A stretch of 64,000 nt of DNA, taken from Candidatus Cloacimonadales bacterium (GTDB taxonomy: Bacteria; Cloacimonadota; Cloacimonadia; Cloacimonadales; JAFGVF01). The notes under the pieces are model-generated. The model made no database searches, was not told where the DNA came from, and saw only the letters and a list, made by a program, of their open reading frames with translations. The first letter of the stretch is position 1. The number at the start of each line of letters is the position of its first letter. Below, one piece after another: positions 30,326 to 39,740 of this stretch. The position numbers and the translations under genes were made by a program. Where the stretch lies: the NCBI GenBank assembly GCA_963667035.1, contig OY762964.1, forward strand, positions 1,440,001 to 1,504,000. Reading direction: 5' to 3'.

Positions 30326-31294
30326 ATGAGAAAAGTACTGATTATAGTAGTATTAACACTAGTGTTTAATATTTATGCAGAAGAAATAAACCTTAAATAT
30401 TCAAGCATTGACACTTCTGAAGCACCTGAAGTAGGAGAACTCATTAATTTCTATAAGGATGCTCTGATCTTCTTTGAGAATATGGATCAGTCTAAATTTA
30501 ATAGGAAAGAAACTGTTCTATTTTTTATTAACACTTTAGATAAAAAAGAGCTTAGCAGGTTTTTGTACTTAGACTCGTATGCAACTTCCAGATATCCGGA
30601 TTTTTATGAGGAATTCATTTTTTGCAATTCAATCTTTAGCGAAGCTGTAAGTTCAGGGTTATTTACAAAAGAAGATATCTATTCTCATTCAATATATCCT
30701 AGGAGGTTTATTGAGCCATATTTTGATCAGACCAATACATCTAATACTAGATTGCCAACACTGAATGAAATAAGATTAACAATGTGGTTTAAATATGTAA
30801 CAGATAATCCTGAGTATTCTTTATTGGAGGGAACTTTCAATAAATTGGCAGTAGTTAGATTTCTAAATACTGTAGAAGTAAGCTATGAGGACCCTGTTTA
30901 CTCCCCTTTAGTTATTGCTGAATGTCTTATTATAGACTCTGAGAATACTTATGATATTGATAAGACGTTTAAAGTAGCTATTACAATGTTTGGTGAGAAG
31001 AGAGAGTTTTTAAAAGATGAATTATATTTAATCAATTATGGTTTTAATATAAAGACTAAACTTAAAAACTACCCAAATTATTCAAGTCCAGGCATTGATC
31101 CTCAAAGGCGGTTTATTAGTCATTGTCAGAGAATATATTCATTATCAAAAGATGACACAATTGAAGTATATAGACCCACACACTTTTCTTATTCATTTAA
31201 CCCTCTTGAAAATTTTGATTTCAAGACTTCCCAAGAACTAATTTCGTTCATAAATGAGTTAAGAAATAGATTAAAAGCTGGAGGTGGAAAATAA
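30326..31294 (+). CDS. Hypothetical secreted protein
   Basis: 322-aa ORF with AAGGA RBS and signal peptide MRKVLIIVVLTLVFNIYA; no family recognised. Confidence 0.8.
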   Translation: MRKVLIIVVLTLVFNIYAEEINLKYSSIDTSEAPEVGELINFYKDALIFFENMDQSKFNRKETVLFFINTLDKKELSRFLYLDSYATSRYPDFYEEFIFCNSIFSEAVSSGLFTKEDIYSHSIYPRRFIEPYFDQTNTSNTRLPTLNEIRLTMWFKYVTDNPEYSLLEGTFNKLAVVRFLNTVEVSYEDPVYSPLVIAECLIIDSENTYDIDKTFKVAITMFGEKREFLKDELYLINYGFNIKTKLKNYPNYSSPGIDPQRRFISHCQRIYSLSKDDTIEVYRPTHFSYSFNPLENFDFKTSQELISFINELRNRLKAGGGK

Positions 31295-31472
31295 AAAGAT
31301 AAGTGACAATTGCATACTTCATCTTCTTAACAGTTGTTTTATTGGGAACTACAGTTCACTATTATGATGAATCCGATTGGAATGAATCCTACACATTATA
31401 CAATACTTAGCAAGATGGTGCATTTGCTCTCTTTAGCTTATAATTTCACCAAGCATGTTAAGCAAGAAATAA

Positions 31473-31493
31473 GGGGATTCGCAATGAATCCCC
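31473..31493 (-). terminator. Terminator of thrS
   Basis: GGGGATTC-GCAAT-GAATCCCC; T-rich tail on the minus strand. Confidence 0.75.
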
Positions 31494-31517
31494 ATTAATA
31501 TATAGATTTATGATAGT

Positions 31518-33428
31518 TTATTCGCTATCAAGTTCATCTTTAACTGTTTTAAGTGCTTCATCAACTAAAAGAGCACCTAAGTCACCCTTAGTATGTCTGC
31601 GAACAGAGACAGTTCCGTTTTCCTGTTCCTTACCACCTGCGATAAACATATAAGGAATCTTCTTAATTTCAGCTTCACGAATCTTATAACCGATTCTCTC
31701 ATCACGCATATCAATATCAGCTCTAATTCCTGCTTTAAGCAGTTTTTCCTGAACTTCTTTAGCATAATCAATATACTGGTCAGAGATTGGTAAAACCTGT
31801 ACTTGAACAGGACATAACCAAACAGGGAAGTTTCCTGCATGATACTCAATAAGTGTACCGAAGAATCTTTCGATTGAGCCAAGTAAGGCTCTATGGAGCA
31901 TGAACGGTCTATGCGGTTGATTATCTGCTCCAATGTATTCCATGTTAAAGCGTGTAGAAAGATTGAAGTCGAACTGAATGGTTGTACATTGCCAGGAACG
32001 ATTCAAAGCATCTTTAATCTTAATATCGATTTTGGGACCATAGAAAGCTCCGCCACCTTCGTCAACTTTATAGTCAAGTCCGGCTTTTTCAATCGACTTA
32101 CGAAGTGACTCCGTAGCTGTTTGCCAGTCTGCATCTTCACCAACCGATTTCTCGGGCTTAGTTGAAAGGTATACATCCAAGTCTTTAAAACCAAACTTCT
32201 TAAGAATGTAAAGTGAGAAATCAATAAGTCTTTCAACTTCACCGTCCAACTGCTCAGGTGTACAAATAATATGTGCATCGTCCTGAGTAAATCCTCTTAC
32301 TCTCATAAGTCCATGCAATGTACCGGAACGTTCATAACGATAAACTGTGCCAAGTTCACCTAATCTAAGCGGAAGCTCTCTATAACTACGCTTGGTAGAA
32401 TTATATATGGCAATATGGAAAGGACAGTTCATTGGTTTCAGATAGTAGTCTTGTCCTTCAACTTCAATTGCAGAGAACATACTCTCATTATAGAAACCGA
32501 GGTGTCCACTTGTCTCCCAAAGGGTTGATTTACCTATATGGGGAGTATAAACAAGTTTGTATCCTGCTTTGATATGCTCATCTTTCCAGTATGACTCGAT
32601 TAAATGTCGCATCATAGCACCATTAGGATGCCACAGAATCAAACCTGCTCCGATATCCTCTGAGATTGAGAACAAATCAAGCTCTTTACCAAGCTTTCTG
32701 TGGTCTCTTTTCTTTGCTTCTTCAAGATTGTTGAGATAAACTTTCAACTCTTTCTTATTTGGAAAACTGATTCCATAAATACGCTTGAGCATCTTGTTCT
32801 TTTCATCACCACGCCAGTAAGCACCCGATGTTTTAAGAAGCTTAACCGCTTTCATTAAACCTGTGTTAGGAATATGAGGTCCACGACAAAGGTCAACAAA
32901 CTTATCCTGTCTGTAAATAGAGATAACTTCGTCTTCCGGAATCTCACTAAGTATTTCTACTTTATAAGGTTCATCCATCTCTGTAAACATTTTCAGAGCT
33001 TCATTACGAGGTAACTCTTCACGTGTGTATTCATGTTTACCTTTAGCAATTTCAAGCATCTTACTCTCAATCTTTTCAAGGTCAGCTTCGCTAAAAGCTT
33101 CTTCTCTATCAAAGTCATAGTAAAAACCGTTCTCAATGGCAGGTCCGATTGTGACTTTCACCTCAGGAAATAGTTCCTGAACAGCCTGAGCCATAATATG
33201 AGCAGAACTGTGCCAGAAAATCTCAGGACCTTCTTCACTGTTAAATGTGATAATGCTAACATTAGCGTCATCATCTATGAGCTCTGAAAGATCACATAAT
33301 TTATCATTAACCTTTGCGGCAAGAGCAACACGAGCTAAGCCTTCGCTGATATCAAGAGCAACATCATAGGCTTTGACGGGTCCTTCAAATTCCCTGATTG
33401 AACCATCAGGTAAAGTAATCTTTAACAT
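31518..33428 (-). CDS. thrS: Threonine--tRNA ligase
   Basis: TGS domain; HSSAH, DLCRGPH, KPMNCP, RVRGFTQDDAH and AFYGPKID motifs. Confidence 0.99.
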   Translation of the reverse strand: MLKITLPDGSIREFEGPVKAYDVALDISEGLARVALAAKVNDKLCDLSELIDDDANVSIITFNSEEGPEIFWHSSAHIMAQAVQELFPEVKVTIGPAIENGFYYDFDREEAFSEADLEKIESKMLEIAKGKHEYTREELPRNEALKMFTEMDEPYKVEILSEIPEDEVISIYRQDKFVDLCRGPHIPNTGLMKAVKLLKTSGAYWRGDEKNKMLKRIYGISFPNKKELKVYLNNLEEAKKRDHRKLGKELDLFSISEDIGAGLILWHPNGAMMRHLIESYWKDEHIKAGYKLVYTPHIGKSTLWETSGHLGFYNESMFSAIEVEGQDYYLKPMNCPFHIAIYNSTKRSYRELPLRLGELGTVYRYERSGTLHGLMRVRGFTQDDAHIICTPEQLDGEVERLIDFSLYILKKFGFKDLDVYLSTKPEKSVGEDADWQTATESLRKSIEKAGLDYKVDEGGGAFYGPKIDIKIKDALNRSWQCTTIQFDFNLSTRFNMEYIGADNQPHRPFMLHRALLGSIERFFGTLIEYHAGNFPVWLCPVQVQVLPISDQYIDYAKEVQEKLLKAGIRADIDMRDERIGYKIREAEIKKIPYMFIAGGKEQENGTVSVRRHTKGDLGALLVDEALKTVKDELDSE

Positions 33429-34718
33429 CTATTTCTCCTGTTTATATTTCTTTGCTAATTTTTCTTCAATATCTTTTGCTGCCTGATCCAAAGCATCCAT
33501 TGGCTCTATAAGACCATTTATAACTCTTTCAAGCACCTGTTCCTCAAGGTCTTTACGGGCATTATACCACTCGGCAAACTGAGGCTCGGTAGTAGCATAT
33601 TCAAGCTGTCCGTATACCTGGGCAAGTGATTCGTTACCGGCAAGCATTCCTTTTATAGTATCGGTTTCAAGGGCACTCTTTCTAACAGGCATATAATTGG
33701 TCAAATATGACCATTTTGCCGTAGCTTCAGTATCCGAGAACCATTTAATGAATTCCCATGCAGCTCTCTCCCGCTCTGTGTTACCACTCTTAAAAATAGC
33801 AACGTTTGTACCACTTATAATATTCTTCTTCGTTCTGAAGTGTGGTATGGGAGCCATGCCCATATTAAATAAAAACTTCTGTTTCTTCATAAATACAATC
33901 GAAACCGAGGAACCTTCATACATTCCTACTTTCTCAGCAAGGAAGTCATTCTGTCCCTCAAAACCCGACACTGTATAAACGCTCTTGTCTTCATTCAGCA
34001 GATTGCAAATGAAATCAAGAGCTTCACCTCCGGCGGATGAGTTAAAAGCAGGTGTAATACCGTCTTCTTTCATAATAGAGCCACCTGCTTGAACAAGCAG
34101 ATTCTCAAATTGCCATGCACTGACATTCATATTAGTACCGTATGTGTCAGTAACACCATCACCATCTAAGTCTTTAGTCAGTTTCTTACAGTAATGACGG
34201 AAATCCTCCCAAGTCTCGGGAGGAGTATTTGGATCAAGTCCATTTCTAATAAAAGCATCTTTATTGTAATATAGGAGTCTGACACTCTTGTTAAACGGCA
34301 TTGAATAAAGTTTGCCGTTAAGAGTGTTGGATTGAATGAAAACAGGGAATATATCCGCCATATCTTCGTCTGTCATATTAGGATCGTTAGCAATCATCTC
34401 GTCAAGATTAAGTAAAACATCACCTTCAACGAAATTTGCTGTCCAAGATTCAAAGACTTGAGCAATATCAGGTTGTTTGTCAGCTTGTATGGAAGCCATT
34501 AGCTTTTGAGACAAAGCTTGATAATTACCAACTGATATTGATCTGACAAATATGCTATCCTGACTCATATTGAAATCAAGTACAAGCTCATTCAGAGCTT
34601 CCCCTAGCGGACCACCCATAGCATGCCAAAAGATAATCTCGGTTTTGGCACTCTTAGACTGCTTACTGCATCCAAACATTAAAACAAGTAATGCAAGCAG
34701 AAACAATATTTTCTTCAT
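33429..34718 (-). CDS. ABC transporter substrate-binding lipoprotein (UgpB/sugar-binding family)
   Basis: Lipobox LMFGC; FWHAMGG, PFNKS..LYYNKDAF, AAWEFIKW. Confidence 0.88.
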   Translation of the reverse strand: MKKILFLLALLVLMFGCSKQSKSAKTEIIFWHAMGGPLGEALNELVLDFNMSQDSIFVRSISVGNYQALSQKLMASIQADKQPDIAQVFESWTANFVEGDVLLNLDEMIANDPNMTDEDMADIFPVFIQSNTLNGKLYSMPFNKSVRLLYYNKDAFIRNGLDPNTPPETWEDFRHYCKKLTKDLDGDGVTDTYGTNMNVSAWQFENLLVQAGGSIMKEDGITPAFNSSAGGEALDFICNLLNEDKSVYTVSGFEGQNDFLAEKVGMYEGSSVSIVFMKKQKFLFNMGMAPIPHFRTKKNIISGTNVAIFKSGNTERERAAWEFIKWFSDTEATAKWSYLTNYMPVRKSALETDTIKGMLAGNESLAQVYGQLEYATTEPQFAEWYNARKDLEEQVLERVINGLIEPMDALDQAAKDIEEKLAKKYKQEK

Positions 34719-34899
34719 TATCTTCTCCAATAATTACAATATAATCCAACTTGCTAATAATTATCACTATTATCTACAGTCAAATGATTTTTGTGTTCAG
34801 TATTGATAGATTTTATCAAGCAAGCATTCACAGCATAACAAACTAAAATGGTTTTATAGTATTACTATAGGATAGATACCATGTAAAAAGCTAAATCCT

Positions 34900-35916
34900 C
34901 TAACTATCCAACAGCTTAGCTCTAACTTTTGCACTGATCATATCCATAATCCATACAACTATTGCAATTAACCACATAATCAAACCAACATTTCGCCAAG
35001 CTAGCATCTGCTGTTCTTGCATAAGAGCAAGACCAATCCCCCCACCACCAACAAAACCTACTATTGTAGCCATTCTTACGTTAATGTCCCATCTGTAGAT
35101 AGTGAAAGCAAGATAAGGAGAAATTATCTGAGGAATTACAGCATATATCCAAACCTGTAACGTTGAGGCACCAGTAGCTTTTATTGCTTCAACCTGTCCC
35201 CAATCAATGTTCTCTATCTGCTCGGAATAGAGTTTTACTAAAGCGGCAATAGAATGAGTCGTCAAAGCCAGCATACCTGCAAAAGGACCTATACCAACCC
35301 AAACAGAAAATATGATAGCCCAGACAATTGCTTCAATTGATCTAAAGACAGTCGCAATTGTCCTTATTATAAAGTAAACTGTTACACTCAGAGCATTACC
35401 GGACATAAGGTTTCTTGCTGCAAAAAAACTGAGTATGAAAGCTATAGGAATAGCAAATATGGTAGCCATGAAAGCTAAAAATATAGTCTCGGATAATGAT
35501 CCTAATAAGGGAGTTAACTTAGTAAAGTTAGGGTTAAAAAGACCACTTAATATATTACCGGAATTCCTAAATTGAGTGAAGAACTCAACCGGATTGATTT
35601 CTACAACAAGCCAACCTGTAAACATTGTTATTGCAATCAACGGAAGTATATAAATCCAGAAGCCACCATGTTTATCTTCATCTCTCAGGAATATTCTATA
35701 GCCCAGGGACATCTTCATTAGCAATAAAGATATGGACTTAAGAATAGCAAGCACTAATATAACTATTACAAGACTTATGCTTTTAGACTCTAAAAAATCG
35801 GACAATGCTGATTCGCTAAAGAAATTAACAATATAAGCTATACATCCTATGAAATAACTAAAGAACAGTATATCTGTTCCCAAAGCTTTGATATAATTAA
35901 ACACTTTATCTTTCAT
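34900..35916 (-). CDS. phnE: Phosphonate ABC transporter permease
   Basis: GIGPFAG, KLYSEQIE, YRWDINVR and VGGGGIG motifs. Confidence 0.92.
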   Translation of the reverse strand: MKDKVFNYIKALGTDILFFSYFIGCIAYIVNFFSESALSDFLESKSISLVIVILVLAILKSISLLLMKMSLGYRIFLRDEDKHGGFWIYILPLIAITMFTGWLVVEINPVEFFTQFRNSGNILSGLFNPNFTKLTPLLGSLSETIFLAFMATIFAIPIAFILSFFAARNLMSGNALSVTVYFIIRTIATVFRSIEAIVWAIIFSVWVGIGPFAGMLALTTHSIAALVKLYSEQIENIDWGQVEAIKATGASTLQVWIYAVIPQIISPYLAFTIYRWDINVRMATIVGFVGGGGIGLALMQEQQMLAWRNVGLIMWLIAIVVWIMDMISAKVRAKLLDS

Positions 35917-35921
35917 AATAT

Positions 35922-36677
35922 CTACCTTATAGTAATCTCTTCAGCTTCTTCGCCATATATAGAACGGAATCTGGATTCGTCTATCTCGTTAGGATTACCT
36001 TCAAAGACTTTCTTCCCGTCCTTAAGTGCAACTACCCTACTTCCGTACTTACGAGCAAGGCTTAAAAAATGAAGTGAACATATCACGGTAATACCGTCAT
36101 TCTTATTTAATTCTCCTAGATAATGCATTACGGAATCGGCAGTAGCGGGATCAAGAGAAGCAACTGGTTCATCAGCTAGTATAATATCAGGACTTTGCAT
36201 CAAAGCTCTTGCGATAGCCACTCTTTGCTGCTGGCCTCCACTCAAATTCTTAACTTTACGCTTGGCAAAATCAGCTAATCCTACCCTTTTCAGATTCTGA
36301 ATTGCTAACTCCTTCTCCTCTTTTGTCCAAGGTTTTAGAAGAGAATGTTGACCTAATCGCCCTGTAAGTACATTAGTAAGAACAGAGAGATTCTTAATAA
36401 GGTTAAACTGTTGAAAAATCATACCAATTCTACTTCTAACAGCAGGAAGTTCTCTATTGGTAAGAGTCGTTATCTCTTTACCTTTGAAAGAGATTGAACC
36501 GGAAGTCGGCTCTATCAGTCTGTTAATACAACGCAGAAGCGTGGATTTACCGGAACCGGATAATCCTAAAAGAATAGCAAACTCACCCTCTTTAATATCA
36601 AGATTGATATTCTTCAGAGCATGTGTCTCTCTATCATAGTATTTGTTTAAGTCTTTAATCTTAATAATATCTGACAT
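35922..36677 (-). CDS. phnC: Phosphonate ABC transporter ATPase
   Basis: GLSGSGKSTLLRCINRL, NVLTGRLG, ADEPVASLDP. Confidence 0.93.
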   Translation of the reverse strand: MSDIIKIKDLNKYYDRETHALKNINLDIKEGEFAILLGLSGSGKSTLLRCINRLIEPTSGSISFKGKEITTLTNRELPAVRSRIGMIFQQFNLIKNLSVLTNVLTGRLGQHSLLKPWTKEEKELAIQNLKRVGLADFAKRKVKNLSGGQQQRVAIARALMQSPDIILADEPVASLDPATADSVMHYLGELNKNDGITVICSLHFLSLARKYGSRVVALKDGKKVFEGNPNEIDESRFRSIYGEEAEEITIR

Positions 36678-37580
36678 TTACATCCTATCTGCTGCACTCA
36701 TACCAAGTGTCTTGAGTGTTTTTCTTACAATATCATAATCTGAATCGGTTGCTCTTTCAAGTCCGTCGATCTGATAAAGGTCAAACAACATCTGTTTTAT
36801 TGTTGGATTCTCGAATCCTTTTTCCAATGCTGAGACAATATTCTCTCTCATATCTGCCGGGAAACCTTTCCTAAATGTTACCGTATCATTAGGAATCCAA
36901 TCTGTAAAATCAACAATCTTAACTTTCTCATAGATATCTGGATATGTCTCGGAAAGCTTTTGTCTAGCATCCATAGGTTCCCCCTCTTTATTAGCGGGAG
37001 ACCAGAAAGTACAACCAACATCAACGTTACCTTGATACACCGCTAAAACTGCCGCAGGATGGCTACCAAGAAATCTTTGATGCTTAGGTTCAATACCCTT
37101 CATTTTAAGAATTGCAGAAGGATATATAAATCCTGATGTTGAGGCGGCATCAGTGTAACCAATGCTCTTATCCTGTATGTCCTCAATACTGTCAATACCT
37201 GAATCTGCCTTGGCAATAAACTCTCCGCGATAAGCTTTTAAACCGTTTCTAACTGTCGTCATAGCTACTTCAGCATCATACTTTTCATTGGCCAAGATAT
37301 AACCGAATGTAGCGAGCCAACCTATATCAGCTTGCTCAGTTCCCATTGCTTCAATAACAGAAGCATAACTGGTAGGCACTTTTATCTCAAACTTATAACC
37401 GGTAACTTCTTCAAGGTATTCGGCAATTGCTTCACCACTTGTTACTATTGTGCTAGCTTCCATAGAAGGTACAAAATACATTTTTACAGGATTCTTTTTT
37501 GTTCCCAATTCAGCTTTCTCACCGCAACCGACAAGAATCAACAATACTAGCATGATTAAAACTATATAAAATATCTTCAT
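36678..37580 (-). CDS. phnD: Phosphate/phosphite/phosphonate ABC substrate-binding lipoprotein
   Basis: Lipobox LVGC; TSYASVIEAM, ASTSGFIYP, GSH and IPND motifs. Confidence 0.9.
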   Translation of the reverse strand: MKIFYIVLIMLVLLILVGCGEKAELGTKKNPVKMYFVPSMEASTIVTSGEAIAEYLEEVTGYKFEIKVPTSYASVIEAMGTEQADIGWLATFGYILANEKYDAEVAMTTVRNGLKAYRGEFIAKADSGIDSIEDIQDKSIGYTDAASTSGFIYPSAILKMKGIEPKHQRFLGSHPAAVLAVYQGNVDVGCTFWSPANKEGEPMDARQKLSETYPDIYEKVKIVDFTDWIPNDTVTFRKGFPADMRENIVSALEKGFENPTIKQMLFDLYQIDGLERATDSDYDIVRKTLKTLGMSAADRM

Positions 37581-37750
37581 TTATTTCTCCTATCTTTGTT
37601 AAACAGAATAATAGTAAAAACAAGTGCACATACTCCAAAAATTATATAGCTAAGCACTAGTTTACTGTTTCCATTTGTATAATGGATATAACTCCCGAAC
37701 AGCAACATGATGGTAATAGCAAGCCAAGCCCACTTTCTTATCCTACCCAT
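37577..37750 (-). CDS. Small two-TM membrane protein (57 aa), absent from the ORF track
   Basis: MGRIRKWAWLAITIMLLFGSYIHYTNGNSKLVLSYIIFGVCALVFTIILFNKDRRNK; GGAGG RBS; its TGA overlaps the phnD ATG. Confidence 0.75.
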   Translation of the reverse strand: MGRIRKWAWLAITIMLLFGSYIHYTNGNSKLVLSYIIFGVCALVFTIILFNKDRRNK

Positions 37751-37812
37751 TCTGTTTATCCTCCTGTTAAAGTTTGTTATTCATTTAATTACATATCTAT
37801 ATTTAAAGTTAT

Positions 37813-38499
37813 TTATAACAGTATATCGTCTAATTCATAGAGACTATTCACTACATAATCAGGCACAATATCACTCTTATTCTCTTTATCAAAGAGATTA
37901 ACCCAACATGTCTTTATGCCAAAATTCTTTCCACCTTTAATATCAGAATTAAGGTTGTCCCCAATAATGATTGCTTTATGATGTTCTTTCCAATCCAAAG
38001 CATCAAACACTTTCTCAAAATAGGTTCTCTCCGGTTTCATAGCATCAATCTCTTCCGAAAGAAATACATGAGGAAAATATTTGTCAAGTTTAGCTAAGTT
38101 GATTCTGTTATATTGCACTTTAGCCAGTCCGTTACTTACAATAGCAAGAGTAGCCTTATCATGAAGTTTATCCAGAATTTCATACATACCGTCAACCGGG
38201 AAAGCTTTCTTTGAGAGAAACTCTTGATACTTATTCCCACACTCCTCAGCATCACATTTATAAACAAAATGCTTAGCCATGTCCCTAAAGCGTTTGCTCT
38301 TCAATGTTTTTAAGTCTACTAATCCATTCTCGAAATCAGTCCATAGTTGATTGTTAATTCTTTTATATGTCTCATGATATAGAGCGGGATTAACATCTAT
38401 ATTCAACCATTGTCTCATCTCTTCAATAGCTTCAATTTCAGCTTGTTTATAATTTAGGAGGGTATTATCCAAATCAAATAGGATTAAATCATACTTCAT
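37813..38499 (-). CDS. YjjG-family HAD nucleotidase
   Basis: FDLDNTL, SNG, KP and IGDNLNSDIKGG motifs. Confidence 0.88.
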   Translation of the reverse strand: MKYDLILFDLDNTLLNYKQAEIEAIEEMRQWLNIDVNPALYHETYKRINNQLWTDFENGLVDLKTLKSKRFRDMAKHFVYKCDAEECGNKYQEFLSKKAFPVDGMYEILDKLHDKATLAIVSNGLAKVQYNRINLAKLDKYFPHVFLSEEIDAMKPERTYFEKVFDALDWKEHHKAIIIGDNLNSDIKGGKNFGIKTCWVNLFDKENKSDIVPDYVVNSLYELDDILL

Positions 38500-38540
38500 T
38501 ACATTCCTTGTTCATAACATATTCAATCTATATTATTTAA

Positions 38541-39611
38541 TTAATCTGTACTAGTTAAAATCTTGAAAAGAGCTTTGTTTATATAATAATTATATCTGCC
38601 AACCTTTTCTTTTTGTAATAAACCATCAGAACATAAAGCATCTAAATATTTTGTTGCAGTAAGTCTACTTACATTTAACTGTTTTTGAATAAACTCTATT
38701 TTCGTATACGGATGGAAGAACAAATTGTTTATCAAATCTTGGCTATAAAACTTATGATTTTCTCTAATGATATGCTTATATTCCAATAATGATTCTCTTA
38801 TTGCTTCAATTTTTGAAATCGTTTGTTTTGAAGTCACTTCTACACCTTCTAGCAAGAATAAAATCCAAGCTTCCCAATCCCCTTGTTCTCTTAATCTCTG
38901 AAGGAGCATGTAATAATCGTTTTTATGGCTGACAATGTAGCGACTTAAGTACAATACAGGAATATCAAGAAGTTTTTTCAAAACTAAATATAGAACATTA
39001 ATTATACGACCAGTTCTACCATTTCCATCATAAAAAGGATGAATACTCTCAAACTGATAATGAATAATTGCCATCTTTACAAGTGTATCTAAATCTGAGT
39101 AGTCATCTTCATTTATAAACTGTTCTAAATTAGCCATTAAAATTACAATATCACTATGATTCTGAGGAGGTATATAAACTGTCTCACCAGTTGCTTCATT
39201 CTTTAGTTCTGTTCCTGGTAATTTTCGAAATCCGGATCGTGTATTTTCTAACTTTGTATGTATATCAATAATATGATTAGAAGTAAGTAATGAGGTTGAT
39301 TTAACTAATTCAAAACCAGCTTTTAGAGCCCCAATGTAATTCTTAACTTCCTTTGAGGCTGGATTAGTAGTATATTTAGGAAACAGTTCTGCTTTGTACA
39401 ACTCATCATGCGTCGTAACTATATTTTCAATAGCAGAGCTATCTTTTGCTTCTTGGAGAGATAGAGTATTAATCAACACATCTTGATTCGGAATACTTGC
39501 AGATTTACCTTTTAATTCAGCTAAAAAACGATGTGCAGAAGCAGCTTTTTTTAAAACTGCTTTTGTCTCAATATCCATCTTAGGTGGAAGAGTTTGAAGA
39601 AGTAAACTCAT
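38541..39611 (-). CDS. Fic family AMPylase (class II, SoFic-like, C-terminal wHTH)
   Basis: HPFYDGNGRTGR catalytic motif; SSAIEN inhibitory motif; VSRLTATKYLDAL...YYINKAL HTH-like tail. Confidence 0.95.
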   Translation of the reverse strand: MSLLLQTLPPKMDIETKAVLKKAASAHRFLAELKGKSASIPNQDVLINTLSLQEAKDSSAIENIVTTHDELYKAELFPKYTTNPASKEVKNYIGALKAGFELVKSTSLLTSNHIIDIHTKLENTRSGFRKLPGTELKNEATGETVYIPPQNHSDIVILMANLEQFINEDDYSDLDTLVKMAIIHYQFESIHPFYDGNGRTGRIINVLYLVLKKLLDIPVLYLSRYIVSHKNDYYMLLQRLREQGDWEAWILFLLEGVEVTSKQTISKIEAIRESLLEYKHIIRENHKFYSQDLINNLFFHPYTKIEFIQKQLNVSRLTATKYLDALCSDGLLQKEKVGRYNYYINKALFKILTSTD

Positions 39612-39626
39612 AGCATTTGCTCCTTA

Positions 39627-39700
39627 TGTATAGATAAAGTCATTATTCTATACAAATCATTCACTACATGTATAGCAATATTGAATTTTGTATACATGTA
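39627..39700. promoter_or_regulatory. Two tandem palindromic operator-like sites upstream of the fic gene
   Basis: TGTATAG-N14-CTATACA (39627-39654) and TGTATAG-N14-GTATACA (39669-39696), 42 bp apart. Confidence 0.55.
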
Positions 39701-39740
39701 TTACCCAATTTGTCTAAGAATCAAGCTTTTTTTAAACATC

